DNA of 64,000 nt, from positions 770,355-834,354 of the forward strand of contig MU053594.1 of assembly GCA_013239625.1 (NCBI GenBank). The letters run 5' to 3'. A model generated the notes under the pieces. The model worked only from the letters and a program-made list of their open reading frames with translations, made no database searches and was not told the origin of the DNA. The translations under genes and the position numbers were made by a program. This stretch comes from Lama guanicoe (taxonomy: Eukaryota). Numbering within the stretch: position 1 is the first letter of the stretch; every line of letters starts with the position of its first letter. Below are positions 37,032 to 48,367 of the stretch, one piece after another.

Positions 37032-37365
37032 CCATGATGGAAAAGAGGGTACAGCCTGGCCCTGACCCATCAACGGATGAATTCCAGAACTTTCATCTGG
37101 ACTCTCAGCACACACACTTGAGAGAGCCTTCCTATGCTTTTCCGAGCCATCATTTCTTCTAGAAGGAAGGAAGGAGGCGGCCTTCGAGGGGAGAAGCCTC
37201 GGGGCACACACTTCCTCGCTCTGGCTCTGGGGAAGACAAAGGAGGGCAGGTCCTCAGGGAGCAGTGACTCCTTCCTTCCTCTCTGTCTTTCCTAGGGGCA
37301 GCCAGCTCCTCCTATTCCTTCTCTTGTTCTCAGTCTTCAGCTGCTTCTATTTTAGCATGTGTATT

Positions 37366-37397
<32 letters not shown>

Positions 37398-37411
37398 CCT
37401 CTGTGTGTGTG
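37366..37411. repeat. (TG)n(CG)n compound microsatellite
   Basis: Directly visible. Confidence 0.85.
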
Positions 37412-37748
37412 TACTTCAGACAGGAGGGAAAACAAAAGCTGGGAAGAGATGCTCTTCTTTGGGCTTCTCAGCGTTCCTCTAATCCTTTTCTGTTTTTAAC
37501 TTGTGGGTAAATTTGGAAAAGTCTCCTCAGGCAAAGAGTTTCCTTTAAATAATCGCCCCCAGGTCTTTTGCTCATGCTGGGTCTGCCCTCTTGGCTGGCA
37601 GAGAGCATGCTTAGGGAATCACGCCAGGCGGGGCGCCTTCGTGCAAGCACAACACTCGTGGGTGGGGAGCCAGGGGCAGCCCTGGGACCCAGGAGTCGGT
37701 CCTGCCACCTGCAGCCGTCTGCCCAGGGTGGCTGAGCTCTGTACTCAC

Positions 37749-37790
37749 TGGATGGCTCTGTGGTGGTGAGAGCAGGAAGAGGCCAGGTTG
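37749..37790 (-). CDS. NCAM1: NCAM1 MSD1c exon, 42 nt
   Basis: tttccatag|CAACCTGG...GCCATCCA|gtgagt; (T)TWPLPALTTTEPS, phase 1-1. Confidence 0.93.
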
Positions 37791-38074
37791 CTATGGAAAC
37801 ATAAAGGATGGCAAGGGCACAGAAAGGTGAAAGAGAGAGATAAAAGATAAATTTATAAATAAATATATATACATACATGTCTATACATATATGTGTATAT
37901 GTATATTAAGACATCATTATAAAGAAAAGAAAGAGATGGAGGAAGAGGTACTTGCTCATTTCTATCTTTCCTTAACTTACCAGAATGAATGTAAATATTT
38001 TAAAGAGATTATCAGGGATTTTGCTAACAAATTACTGTCAGGCAGCAAGAAATGCCATAACTCTCATTTATTCT

Positions 38075-38310
38075 AAGTATGAATTCCAGTTACTACATGC
38101 TGGGCACTGTGTTTTGTGTTTTTCACACCTAATCTTTAATTTTCACAAATACCTACAAGGTAGGTAGACACTATCCTTTCTTTGAGAGATAAGCAATCTG
38201 AGGTTTGGGGCGGTGGGGTGACATTCAAGGTCATGGAGCTGTATTGTACACGGAAGCAGCAGAGCTGGGATTCGAACCTGGACCCAAGCCTGAGCTCCTG
38301 CTGGTCCAGG
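38075..38310 (-). mobile_element. MIR SINE
   Basis: tactacatgctgggcactgtg...caaggtcatggagct...gggattcgaacctg. Confidence 0.65.
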
Positions 38311-39389
38311 CCACTGCCTGGAAGGCACTGCATGGGGTGGTGGGTCTGTTTCCAAGTCATACTGATGCCACAAAGGGCTCTGAGCTTGGGGTTTGGGTGA
38401 CCTTCCAGAAGCCCAAGATGCAGGGCTTCTGACGCACCAAGGGGACGTGGCCAGTGGGGCGGTCCCGCCTGCGGCACCGTCTGCTGCTCCGAGCACAGGC
38501 TGGCACGGAACGCTGGGTCCTGCTCAGCTGCTGTCTCGCTTTGCTCTTTCCCCCAAGAGAGCTGGGTTCGTAACTCCAAAGAGTAGGGAGCTTGGGGTTT
38601 CTCTACCCCCCAGGACTCAGGCAAACAAAAGGATGGGGCAGCCAGAGGAAACAAGATAAAGGAGGGAGGCTCAGGCAGGGTGACAGCCTGAGACTGGCCA
38701 GGCGACATCACTGCTAGGCTTAGGTACTGCTCCCCGGGGGACAAACAGCTTGATAACGCTAGGTTTCTTATTGTTTGGGGAGGAGGATGACCGCTTCTCC
38801 TGTTTTACAGAGAAGAAAAACCAGGCTCCCTCGCAAAGGGTTAAATAATTTGCCAAAGTGCCTACTGCCAGGCACATCGGCAAGCAGACGCTGTTTCTTT
38901 TCCCACAAATATTTACGAGAAACGTATGCATTTATGGAGAAAGCAAAAGCTCCAGGCCTCGCGATCTAATTTCAACGTCTGGATCCAACTGTGCCAATTA
39001 AAATGAAGGGTGAAAACACAGCGCCCCAACCATTTCTTATGACCCTGCAGCATAGACATTTTTCTTGGCAAATTCCTTTGGCTTCTCCGAATAATCAGCC
39101 CTGTAAGAATCCAGAGGGCAGGGCTGGGCCTGCGACAGCCTCGGAGAGCCTGCCGGTGGGGCTTTCTGTCCAGAGCAATGCCGTCCACGTGCCTCCTCCT
39201 GCGGGGACAGCTGCCTCCCGTGAATCTGAGTGGCCCTGTGCCTATTTCTCTTCTCATTTCTTCTCTAAAACCCTGCGCTGCTTTCCACCAGCAGAGGTGA
39301 ATTATCACGGGGGGATAACGCGAGGCAGACCCACTGCGGCTGGTGGAAAAGCAACCTGCGGAGAGATGGATGAAGACAGTGATACTCAC

Positions 39390-39437
39390 TATGTGGATGA
39401 GACAATGGAACAGGGGTGGAGGAGCTCGCAGGAGCCG
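39390..39437 (-). CDS. NCAM1: NCAM1 MSD1b exon, 48 nt
   Basis: ttcctcag|CGGCTCCTGCG...CCACATA|gtgagt; (P)APASSSTPVPLSHPH, phase 1-1. Confidence 0.93.
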
Positions 39438-40642
39438 CTGAGGAAAGAAAAATGAAGGTGAAAAAAAAAAAAAGGAGGGGGAAAAAGACCACTGAGGCAC
39501 ACAGATACTGAAAAAATTGGGAGAGGCAAGCCAGGGGAGTCAGCAGGAGAAGCTGAAGTGAGTTAAAGTGGGAGGGAGAACTCCGTGCATGAGAACAGGT
39601 GGCCAGCCAGCCGGCCGGCCTGGCAGAAAGCAGGGCTCTCTGACTTCAAACCCGGAGCCCGTGCACCTGCCAAGCCCTGTGGTTCAGGTGAGGGGCTGGG
39701 CCGGGAACAGCTGCAGAGGCCGCCAACCCTGCCTGAGAACAAGCAGCCAGCTGAGCAGCCCCAGCTGTCTCCATGGGAGCAGGTGTCAGGAGGGACAAGA
39801 ACCTCGAACCCAGCTTGAAGTGAACGAGCAGAAGAGGAGAAAGTGAATTTGGCTTTGGCGTTGCACGTGTCTTCCTGTGCTTATACGTGTGTGTGTACCT
39901 ACACTCGTGGCACGTATTTATAACAAAACCTGTGTCCCTCACTCTCTGACTTCAATGTCCCAGTGAAACAGAACAACCATCCTACTTAACATTCGGGACC
40001 GGGTGAGGTCAGGACTGCTTGGCATCTGGATGGCACTGGAGCCACGGCCGCCCTCCAAACCCTGTAAAATGTGACTCCCTGGCTGCCGCTGTGTGTGCAG
40101 AGGGCAGAGCACAGGAATGTCGAGTCTCAGTCTTGCCCTCCGAGAGAAAGGGAATGTTGAAGAGATCAGGACCAAGCAAGTGATGCTGACTGACTTTCAG
40201 CACCGGGAATGATTAGAAACGGTGCGTCTGAGGCATTTTGGACACTTGAGGGATCTTTAGTTTTTACTTGGTGAATATTGACGAGTTGTCCCATTAGCTA
40301 TCACAAACACAGTTCCCTTTGAGAGCTAGATAAAAATGTGGAAAAACATCATTGTATCTCCAACATTGCCTTGACACTTACGGTTGGGGCTTACTTTTAT
40401 CTTCCAGATGAGGGGACCTCATTACACCATGCGAGGACAGTGTCACTGGAATCAGACAGGCTACTGACTCATCATGACCTGATGGCCTAGTTAATTTGGG
40501 TAAGTGTTCTCTCTCTCTGTTTCCTTCTATTTTTTTGGCTTGAATCATTTGCATTATTGTCCATATTATTCCGATAAAGGGATGGGGTTTTATGTGCTTT
40601 AACTATAATAGACGACAATGCCTTTAACTTACACTTGTGATG

Positions 40643-40661
40643 TGCCATCTAGGGGGCAAAA
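40643..40661 (+). promoter_or_regulatory. CTCF-like motif
   Basis: tgccatctagggggcaaaa close to core CCASYAGRKGGC. Confidence 0.45.
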
Positions 40662-43544
40662 CGGGAAAACAAAAATCTCAAGAATGCCTCTTTTTAAAGG
40701 TAGTGACTCACTCGTAATCTTTATGCCCTGAAAGAATTCGTCTATTTCGCTTCCTGGTACAGAAGCAAATGAAGAGGTAACATCCGGGCAATGAAATTCT
40801 GAAGGTGTGTGGTTCAGTCGTGGAGGAAAGAGTCATGATAAATGGTCACATCATTCTTTAGAACTTCAAGCAGCCCCGATAGGGAAGCAGCCCCTTGCAA
40901 GGCAAAAAGAGGTCGTGAGCTTTCTACCTAAGAGCTTCTTGACAGCATGCAGACACCTGGCCTAAAAGTACGTGAAACAGGGACATTTTCCCAGGTCGGA
41001 TTTCTGGTCGTCCTTCTGGAGCCACAGCTTCCCTGGCCATCACAGAACAGAGGAATCTCCAAACAGGTAAGCCAGGCTTTCTCACTGGGCAGCTCTGAAG
41101 CCAGGTCCTTGAGTTATCTGTGGCATTGGCTAGTTTCATCTGCCCATCCCTGCTTTGACATATCCATGCCCCTGAGTGTGGAGGAGTCTATTAAGGAACC
41201 ATGAAAGCAACCCCACTATTGACACACTTCAATGAACTTGAAGTGATGAGCTAATGGGAAGTGCACTGGCTCTCACCTACGCCTCCCAACCCAGGGAGCC
41301 AGCAGCATATACTCTCTGTCCAGGGTACCAGCTCCTGCTGGCCCTGTACTGCCTCCTCCCTGGAGCGGAGGGTGTACGCAGGGCCCACCTCCAGTGCCAC
41401 AGGAGCAGGCCGTGCACCTGCACCCCAGCGTTTTGGGAGGGGAAGGCACTCTCCATGGGCGAGGTGAGGCAGTGCCCGAAACCAGCGCCCCTGGTCCTTG
41501 GGCTCAGTGTAAGCCTGCAGCCGAACTGATGGCTGATTTTATTTAAGTTCAGGCAACCTTGGTGTCTTTCAAGGAGTGGGAGTGAGAATTCAGCAGAGGT
41601 CCTTCCTAAAACTTGTCCTCGCTTCCTGGCAGCAGTGAGTGGGTTTGGTCCTGACAGTGGAAACGCTAGCATCTTCCTGCCGACTGTATCCTTTTTCAGG
41701 ATGGTCTAGGCACAACAGGATAGCCCCTGGACTAGGCCCTCACTTCCGCAACTCTAGGAAGGCTGTGAGGGCGCAAGGACAGACCGTAAGAACCAACTTT
41801 AGTGAGAGTGTAATGTTTCTGCGTGCTCCTACGGGTTACTGCTCACGTTCTAAAAAGGAACATTCAGCTCTAAGACATTCTCTTTATGTAAAAGAAGTTT
41901 TCCTTTTTAATTCTTTAAATCATAACTTTATGAGATGATTGAGAACACGGACTTTCCATGCTGCTAGCAATGCCCGCTGCTCCATCATTCGTGGTCAGCT
42001 TGGAATGGAGAACCAATCCGACCATTCTCCAAAGGGCTCCCTGGACTCTTGGTTAATTATCTGCTGTCATACCGGCAGATAACAAACAACAAAATCAAGA
42101 GGTCTCCTTTGTTAAAAAAAAAATTAAACATTAACTTTTAAAATATAGCATCTAGTGTAAAAATTCTCACCTTAAAGGCTGAGCTGGCAACAAAGGAAAA
42201 CCACTTGTGATTTTTGAAGTCCGAGACCCAGTTCCCCCGATTGAGGACTCACACCCCTGGTACTGGTTAGACTCTCAGAAGGAGCCCTCACCCCAGCCTT
42301 CCTCTCTGTGATGTAACTAAGCGGGCCTCCCTCTGCTGAGAAAATCCAGACCGGGTTAAAGGTCCAGCAGGAAGATGCCCTCAGGCCCAGAGCAGACAGC
42401 TGTCCGTCCTACCTGACAGCTCCACCCCCCACCCCATTCTGACTCCTTCCAGAACCGGTTCATTCAGGAACCAGACAGGGGATAGAGGGCACTTGCTTTA
42501 ACTCTCCCAACGCCTACACTGAACTACTTAGTTTCCGCCGCTGCTGAAATAGTTCTGAATAAGTTTGAAAAAGATAAGCCTCCCTGAGTGCTTTTCAGGA
42601 GCTTTTTATGAAAAGTGTGCAGCTTTCTGAATACCTTTTCTTCTGAGCCTCCCTGGGTGGGACTCCCCCCCAGGATGCTGAGCTCAGCAGACGTGAAGCT
42701 CAGGGCATGTCCGCAGGCCAGGATCCACCCCAGCCTGCTGCCTCGCATCCCTACTTGTGGACCGTTTCCACGATTAGGGTGTCCTTCCTCGGGAGAATCA
42801 CCCCCGTCCCTGCGTTCTTGGCAGCAGAGTTACTAAACAGCCGGTTAGTTTTCCCCAGCGGGGAAATTCACGTTGCAAGGAACGTGAATAGTTACCAGCG
42901 CTGAAGCGGAGACGGACCAGGACTGGGGGGTTTACCGCCCCTGCAGGGTGTGCGCATGATTTGAACTCAAGTTCATGCTGCTCTTTACAACTGCCCTGGC
43001 TGCCCCTTCAGTCGTGCTAGTGCCTCCTAGGTGCCACCGTGACAGACAGAAGAAGGGGCAAGGAGCGCGCTCTCGGTTCTTTCACCTCCTAAAAACAAAT
43101 GTGAAAATCCTTCCGGGTGCCTGTGCCCATGAGGGGAGCCTGCATGCAGGCCGGCTGAGGCCGTGGCCACTCTCCGGGCACCCTGGCTAAAGGCGACGTC
43201 ATGCTGCAGCCTGGTATTCAGACAAGCCTCTGCAGACTTGCACCGCACTTGGCTCAGCAAAGGTGGTCGCAGGGTGACTGTCACACACAGGAATTAATCA
43301 ATAAAGACAATTTCAAAAGACACAAAAACTGCATGCTCTAAAACAGGACGGATGTTAGCCTCTTGGAGTCACCTACGGACATTAATAAGAACAGAACTAG
43401 ACTAAGGTCAGTGTGGTTAGGGCTCGGACAGCGTCATCTACTGCAGCCTCTAGGGGACGAAAGGGACCGGCACTAAATTAAAAACTAGAACTAGCAGAGG
43501 TTAACGCTCTAGGAACAGGTAATGAGGTATGAAGAGGCACTTAC

Positions 43545-43559
43545 GTGGAAGAGGGCTAT
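43545..43559 (-). CDS. NCAM1: NCAM1 MSD1a microexon, 15 nt
   Basis: atgcag|ATAGCCCTCTTCCAC|gtaagt, phase 1-1, reads HSPLP after exon 12; long pyrimidine tract upstream. Confidence 0.92.
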
Positions 43560-44644
43560 CTGCATATCCCATGGATGGAACACAGACGAAAAGAAAAGAC
43601 AAGAGACAGACCCAAGAAAAAAAAAAGATGTAAAAGAAAGGAATAGGATCCACATAGCACACGGAGCTGGAAACGCAAATTATCAAATTACTTCAAATCC
43701 AGAAAGAAGCAATTCCTGTGGGAGGAAGATGAGACAGGCTTTCTAGTTCTGGGAAGAGATAAGGGGGTGGCTTTGCAGGCCCCTGGCTTCAGAGACAAGA
43801 AAGTAAAGGACTCCCCCGTGTGCTTTGTCACTGCAGGAGTCAGAGGGGGCCCAGGGAGCTCCGTGACCACCGCGGGAGCTTCTTCGGCTGGAGGCACTCC
43901 CCGCCCTCTCCGGGCAGTAACTGTGGAGGGACAGGACCAGAATGGAGCTCGCCCAGAGCCTGGATGTGCGTGGGAAGGGAGGGGAGATGGCAGACTGGCT
44001 GAAGGAAAGGGAGCGATGGAGGCAAACAGAGATGCAACCCTGGATGGGATCTGGAAGAGTCGACTCTCCTGAAAGAGGCCTTGACGGGGGAGACCCTGGC
44101 TGTGCTCCTGGTGTGGGGACGGAGGCGCAGTGGGGAGTCAGAGGCCTGGGCCATATTCCCCTTTTGCCTTGCTGGGGTTTTGCCCCTGCTCGTACATCCC
44201 ACAGCATCTCCATTTTCCTCTAACTGCATATCTGCTGCATCAAAACCCCTCCCTACTAATTCCGCCAATGGTCACGGCTTTAACCCTCTTCTTTCAAGTC
44301 ACTGGGTGCTTGGGGCCTTGGTGACAAAAAGCAAATCTCCCTAATCCCTCCCCACCACACTGCCATGATTCTCCCTAGTGTCTCTAATAACGTGTTGGTG
44401 GCTTTCCTCCCTGGCTGTTATTCTAACAAACTGGACCAGCTGTGATGACAGTGTCACCAAGCCCCTGGAGAAGGGGAGGACAGAGGGACTGGGCACCAGC
44501 CATCACCGAGGGCCAGAGAGCTAGGAGGTGGGGCCAGTGGGAGCAGAGGGATCTGGAAGACAAAAAGCTGTCACCTGAACACCGGCCAGCTCAGGGTCAC
44601 CCCAGGGCCCCGAGGGGAAGAGGCCGGGCAGTGGCTCTACTTAC

Positions 44645-44776
44645 GGACAGGCTGTGTCTTGAACTCGGAGGCGGTGCTGATCTCGCCCAGGCCCTTCCCG
44701 TTGAGCGCCGCCAGGCGGACCGCGTACGTCGTCTCGGGCTTTAGGCCCACGATGGTGACGATGCCCTCCATGCTGG
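44645..44776 (-). CDS. NCAM1: NCAM1 exon 12 (FN3-1 second half), 132 nt
   Basis: cgacag|CCAGCATG...CCTGTCC|gtaagt; (A)SMEGIVTIVGLKPETTYAVRLAALNGKGLGEISTASEFKTQPV. Confidence 0.98.
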
Positions 44777-44817
44777 CTGTCGTGAGAAGATGAAAAGGGT
44801 CACAAAGGCTGAAAGGG

Positions 44818-45460
44818 CTGTTGGTAAAGTGGTAGAGCTGCGGCGGAAAGACAATACGGCAGGTCCTCAAGGAATTAAGCATAGAATTATCATTTGATCC
44901 AGCAACTCCACTCCTGGAAATATGTACAAGAGAACTGGAACAGATATTTGTGCACTCATGTTCACAGCAGTGCTGTTCACAATAGCTGAAATACGGAAAC
45001 AACCCAAGTGTCCGTTGACAGAGGAACGGATAAACAAAATGTGGTCTAGACACGCAATGGAATATTATTCAGCTATGAAAAGGAATGACATTCTGTCATA
45101 TGCTACAACACGGATGGACCTTGAGGACATTATGCAAAGTGAACTATGCCAGGCATAAAAGGACAAATACTGTATTACTCCACCTACATGAAGCACCTAG
45201 AATAGTCAACAACATAGAGACTATTAATAGTCAACTACGTAAAAAGTAGAATGGTGGTTACCAGGGGCGGTAGGCGCAGTGGGGAATGGGGAGTTATTGC
45301 TTAAGAGATACTGAGTTTAGGATAATGAAAAAGTTCTGGTGATGGACAGCAGTGATGGTTGTACAGTGATGTGAATGCACTTAGTGCTACTGAACTGTAG
45401 GCTTAAAAATGGTTAAAATAATTCATTTCACGTTATATGTATTTTACCACAATACAAAAG
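44818..45460 (+). mobile_element. Old L1 (L1MB-like) 3' fragment, antisense to NCAM1
   Basis: tttgatccagcaactccactcctgg..aacccaagtgtcc..aatggaatattattcagc..ttttaccacaat; ORF 44922-45158 is degraded L1 ORF2 C-terminus. Confidence 0.9.
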
Positions 45461-46440
45461 GTAACTAGAAAGAATAGCTGGCTGGGCACACTGTAATGTG
45501 GGATCCATCTGCCACAAAGTTGGTACGAGTTTCGGAGGGAAGTCAGGGAGGTGAAAGGATTATTTTCTTTTAGCTCCAACCCTGATTACCCAGGAAGTCC
45601 TGCCAGCCCTCGCCAAAGCTGCAGGAGTGATAGGAACTTCCTGGCAGAATGAATTCTCAGTAAAACTGGGTTGGAAGCTACCTCTGACGTGCTGTGATAC
45701 TGTGTCCCCGCCCGTCCCCAACTCTGCCCTCATTTCCACATGCCAGGCAGGGATTAAACATTTCTGCAGAAACAAAACCTACATCTGAGTTATTCCCAGT
45801 AAACCCCAAAGGGAGAGTTAGACATCAATATATTCAACCTTCAGGAAAAGACTCTCCGGGTTCAGAAGCTTCAGATTGCAGTCATCGCAGGGTCATTTTT
45901 CAAATCTTTGGTTTGGAAATATATCATAGGACTGATTTAAGAGCAGACCTGTCCTGCAGGCTCTGCTTATTTGGTTATTATCATAATTACACGGCAGTCC
46001 CTGAATATACCCAAGCAGGACTGAACAGGTGACAACAGAGAACCCGTAGCCCATGGAACCCGAGTGTGCAGAGCAGGAGTGGATGGGGCTCACCTGCTTG
46101 TGCACCCAAGCAGGGCTTCTGCTTGGAAGGCGGCGGAGCTGGCCTCACCTGTTCCGACAGGGTCATGAGAACAAGATTCTGAAGTCCCAGGGGACAGAAG
46201 GTCAACAATTCCACAGGAGGCATGACTGCACCCTATTTCTGGGGGAACTGCAAAGGTGCAGCAGCATGGGAGCATGGACAGAGTGGCGGGTGGTGGCACC
46301 TGGCATCCCCCAAGAGTGTGGAGTGGTTTGCACACCCAGATGGGCAGTCAGGATGCCAGGATCTGGCAAGTGCCAGGGGTGAGTGTGTGCCCAGCCCAGA
46401 GTCATCCTTCCAAAGGAAACCCCGCCTCTTCCCAGCTTAC

Positions 46441-46611
46441 CTTCTTTGGCATCATACCACTTGGAGTGCCACACCTCCTCGCCCAGTGCTCGCCACTCAG
46501 CCTTGTACTTGAGGATGGGCACCCCACCGGTGGCCTCGGGCTCATCAAACTGCACCTGTGCTGTGCTGGAGTACGGCTCCACCCCGTCGATGGAGGGTGA
46601 AGATGGGGTGT
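46441..46611 (-). CDS. NCAM1: NCAM1 exon 11 (FN3-1 first half), 171 nt
   Basis: ccggcag|ACACCC...AAAGAAG|gtaagc; (D)TPSSPSIDGVEPYSSTAQVQFDEPEATGGVPILKYKAEWRALGEEVWHSKWYDAKE. Confidence 0.98.
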
Positions 46612-46913
46612 CTGCCGGGAGGAGACAGGTGGAGACCCAGGTGAGCCTGACCTGGCCTAGGATGTAACTCCCAATCATGAAGCGTGTCTCTCTCATTTCT
46701 TTTAACTCTTGGGAATTTGGTCATCTGTATCCTGTCCTCCTGGCCCATCTCCCCATATTCTCTTCCATCAGGCCCCATGTCCAGATCCTTAAGTCTCCAT
46801 CAGCTCCCAGCCTCCTGACCCTCTTGGGGGTGACCCTCACCCTCTGGTCATCACAGAAAGTCAAGAAATGGGTGGGCCAGGCTGAGGGCGGTCCAGCCGT
46901 AAGGGGCGCTCAC

Positions 46914-47010
46914 CTGCTTGGACAAGGATGAATTCCAGAGACTCCTGTCCGATGCGATTCACTGCGGTACAGTTGTAGTTTCCAAAATCATTTTCAGAGT
47001 CCGGGGTCAC
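46914..47010 (-). CDS. NCAM1: NCAM1 exon 10 (Ig5 second part), 97 nt
   Basis: ctttctaaag|GTGACC...CAAGCAG|gtgagc; [32 protein letters not shown] with NCT sequon; not in ORF track. Confidence 0.97.
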
Positions 47011-47319
47011 CTTTAGAAAGAAGGAGCTCTTGGGTTACACGGGGTGGCCGCAACCTCAGATCCTTATTTACTGAACTCAGTTCTCTAATTGGGAGCCCAG
47101 CCTTAACTCAGAGAGAAGAACAGGAAGGGGGCAGGCTGCCTCCCAGGCCCCGATCTAGCTCCAGGGAGAGAAAAGGGGCCGGGTGGAGGCTTCCTTTCCT
47201 CCCCGGCCAATGGCATCCCTGCTCAGGATGAGCCAGAGATGCCGGAGGGAAGACTTCAGCTGCGTCCACAGTCAAACTGCGCCCGCTCCACCCTGTCCCC
47301 GCCCCCCACGCCGTCTCAC

Positions 47320-47504
47320 CTCCAGGTAGCTGGCGGAGGGGGTGTTGTAGATCTTGATGTTGCTGTAGTTGGAGCTGGGCAGCAGCTGACCATCTCGGAA
47401 CCACGAGATCGTGGCACTGGGATAGGCGAACACCTCGCAGGTGATGTTCACCTGGTTCCCCTCCCAAGTGTACACAGCCACGGGGCCCTGCAGCTTGGGG
47501 GCAT
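47320..47504 (-). CDS. NCAM1: NCAM1 exon 9 (Ig5 first part), 185 nt
   Basis: ttgcag|ATGCCCCC...CTGGAG|gtgaga; APKLQGPVAVYTWEGNQVNITCEVFAYPSATISWFRDGQLLPSSNYSNIKIYNTPSASYLE with NIT and NYS sequons. Confidence 0.98.
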
Positions 47505-47802
47505 CTGCAATGAAGGACAAGGACCTTCAGGAATTCGGCCACTATCAGGGAGCCCCACACACCCGTCTCCTGGCCCTGGGGGGACAGGTGTGCCCCGAAG
47601 CAGAGCCGGTGCGGGGACACAGCAGAGGTCGGGCCGTTTCCCACAATCTGCCTGGTGCAGACTCATTAAGAAGCCTGGGAGGGTGTGAAGAGGTGGCTCG
47701 GGGACAGAGCTTTGCAAAGGCCTGGGGCCAACTGCCATGGGACAGGTCCTCACGACCCTGCCCGGCCCTCCCTGCCCCGCATCCTCCCACAGTTTTCCTC
47801 AC

Positions 47803-47953
47803 ATTGCACTTCGAGGTACATGGACTGGGAGTCCTGGCCGATGGTGTTGCTGGCAGTGCAGACGTACTCTCCCGCATCTGTGTACTGGATGCTCTTCAAG
47901 GTCAAGGATGACACGCGGGCGTGGCTACGCACTACCATGTGCCCGTCCAGAGT
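47803..47953 (-). CDS. NCAM1: NCAM1 exon 8 (Ig4 second half), 151 nt
   Basis: ctggcag|ACTCTG...GTGCAAT|gtgagg; TLDGHMVVRSHARVSSLTLKSIQYTDAGEYVCTASNTIGQDSQSMYLEVQ(Y). Confidence 0.98.
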
Positions 47954-48287
47954 CTGCCAGGAGGGAACGGAGAGCGTCAGGGCCCGGGGCTGGGCGGGGC
48001 CGGGAGACCAGGCCGCCACTGGTGACTGGTCTCACGTCTCTCTCCTCTCTGTGCCCATGTCTAAGGCTCACGTTAGGTACCAACTAGTGGGGAGGCTCCG
48101 GAGAGCACCGTGGGAACTTGGGTGTCTCCCAAACAGACAGGGGGACTCAGTTTATGTCAAACAGCCTAGGCTCAGTGCCTAGATTGGTTTGGGAAGGACA
48201 ACCAAGGTCCCCCAGATGCCTTTCTCTTGCGTATCTAAAGGGACGCCAAGACCCGGCCAGCGGGTTTTGCAGCCGCAACAGCCTTGC

Positions 48288-48367
48288 CTCATGAGACTCT
48301 GGGAAGCCTGCGCCCCCGGCCTTTCCTTGCAGCCCCTGCCCGTCTGCCCCTTCCTTGGTGCCTGCGC
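48288..48367 (-). pseudogene. Non-functional-looking counterpart of the human 78-nt alternative NCAM1 exon
   Basis: AQAPRKGQTGR / GKAGGAGFPESHE resembles recalled human VHAPWNWQVGRQKGQAGSAGFPGSHE; 80 nt, no AG at the expected acceptor, GC donor. Confidence 0.6.

Noticed and set aside
38136..39500. 202-aa and 195-aa minus-strand ORFs
   Set aside because: Overlap a MIR or cross MSD1b out of frame; no coding evidence
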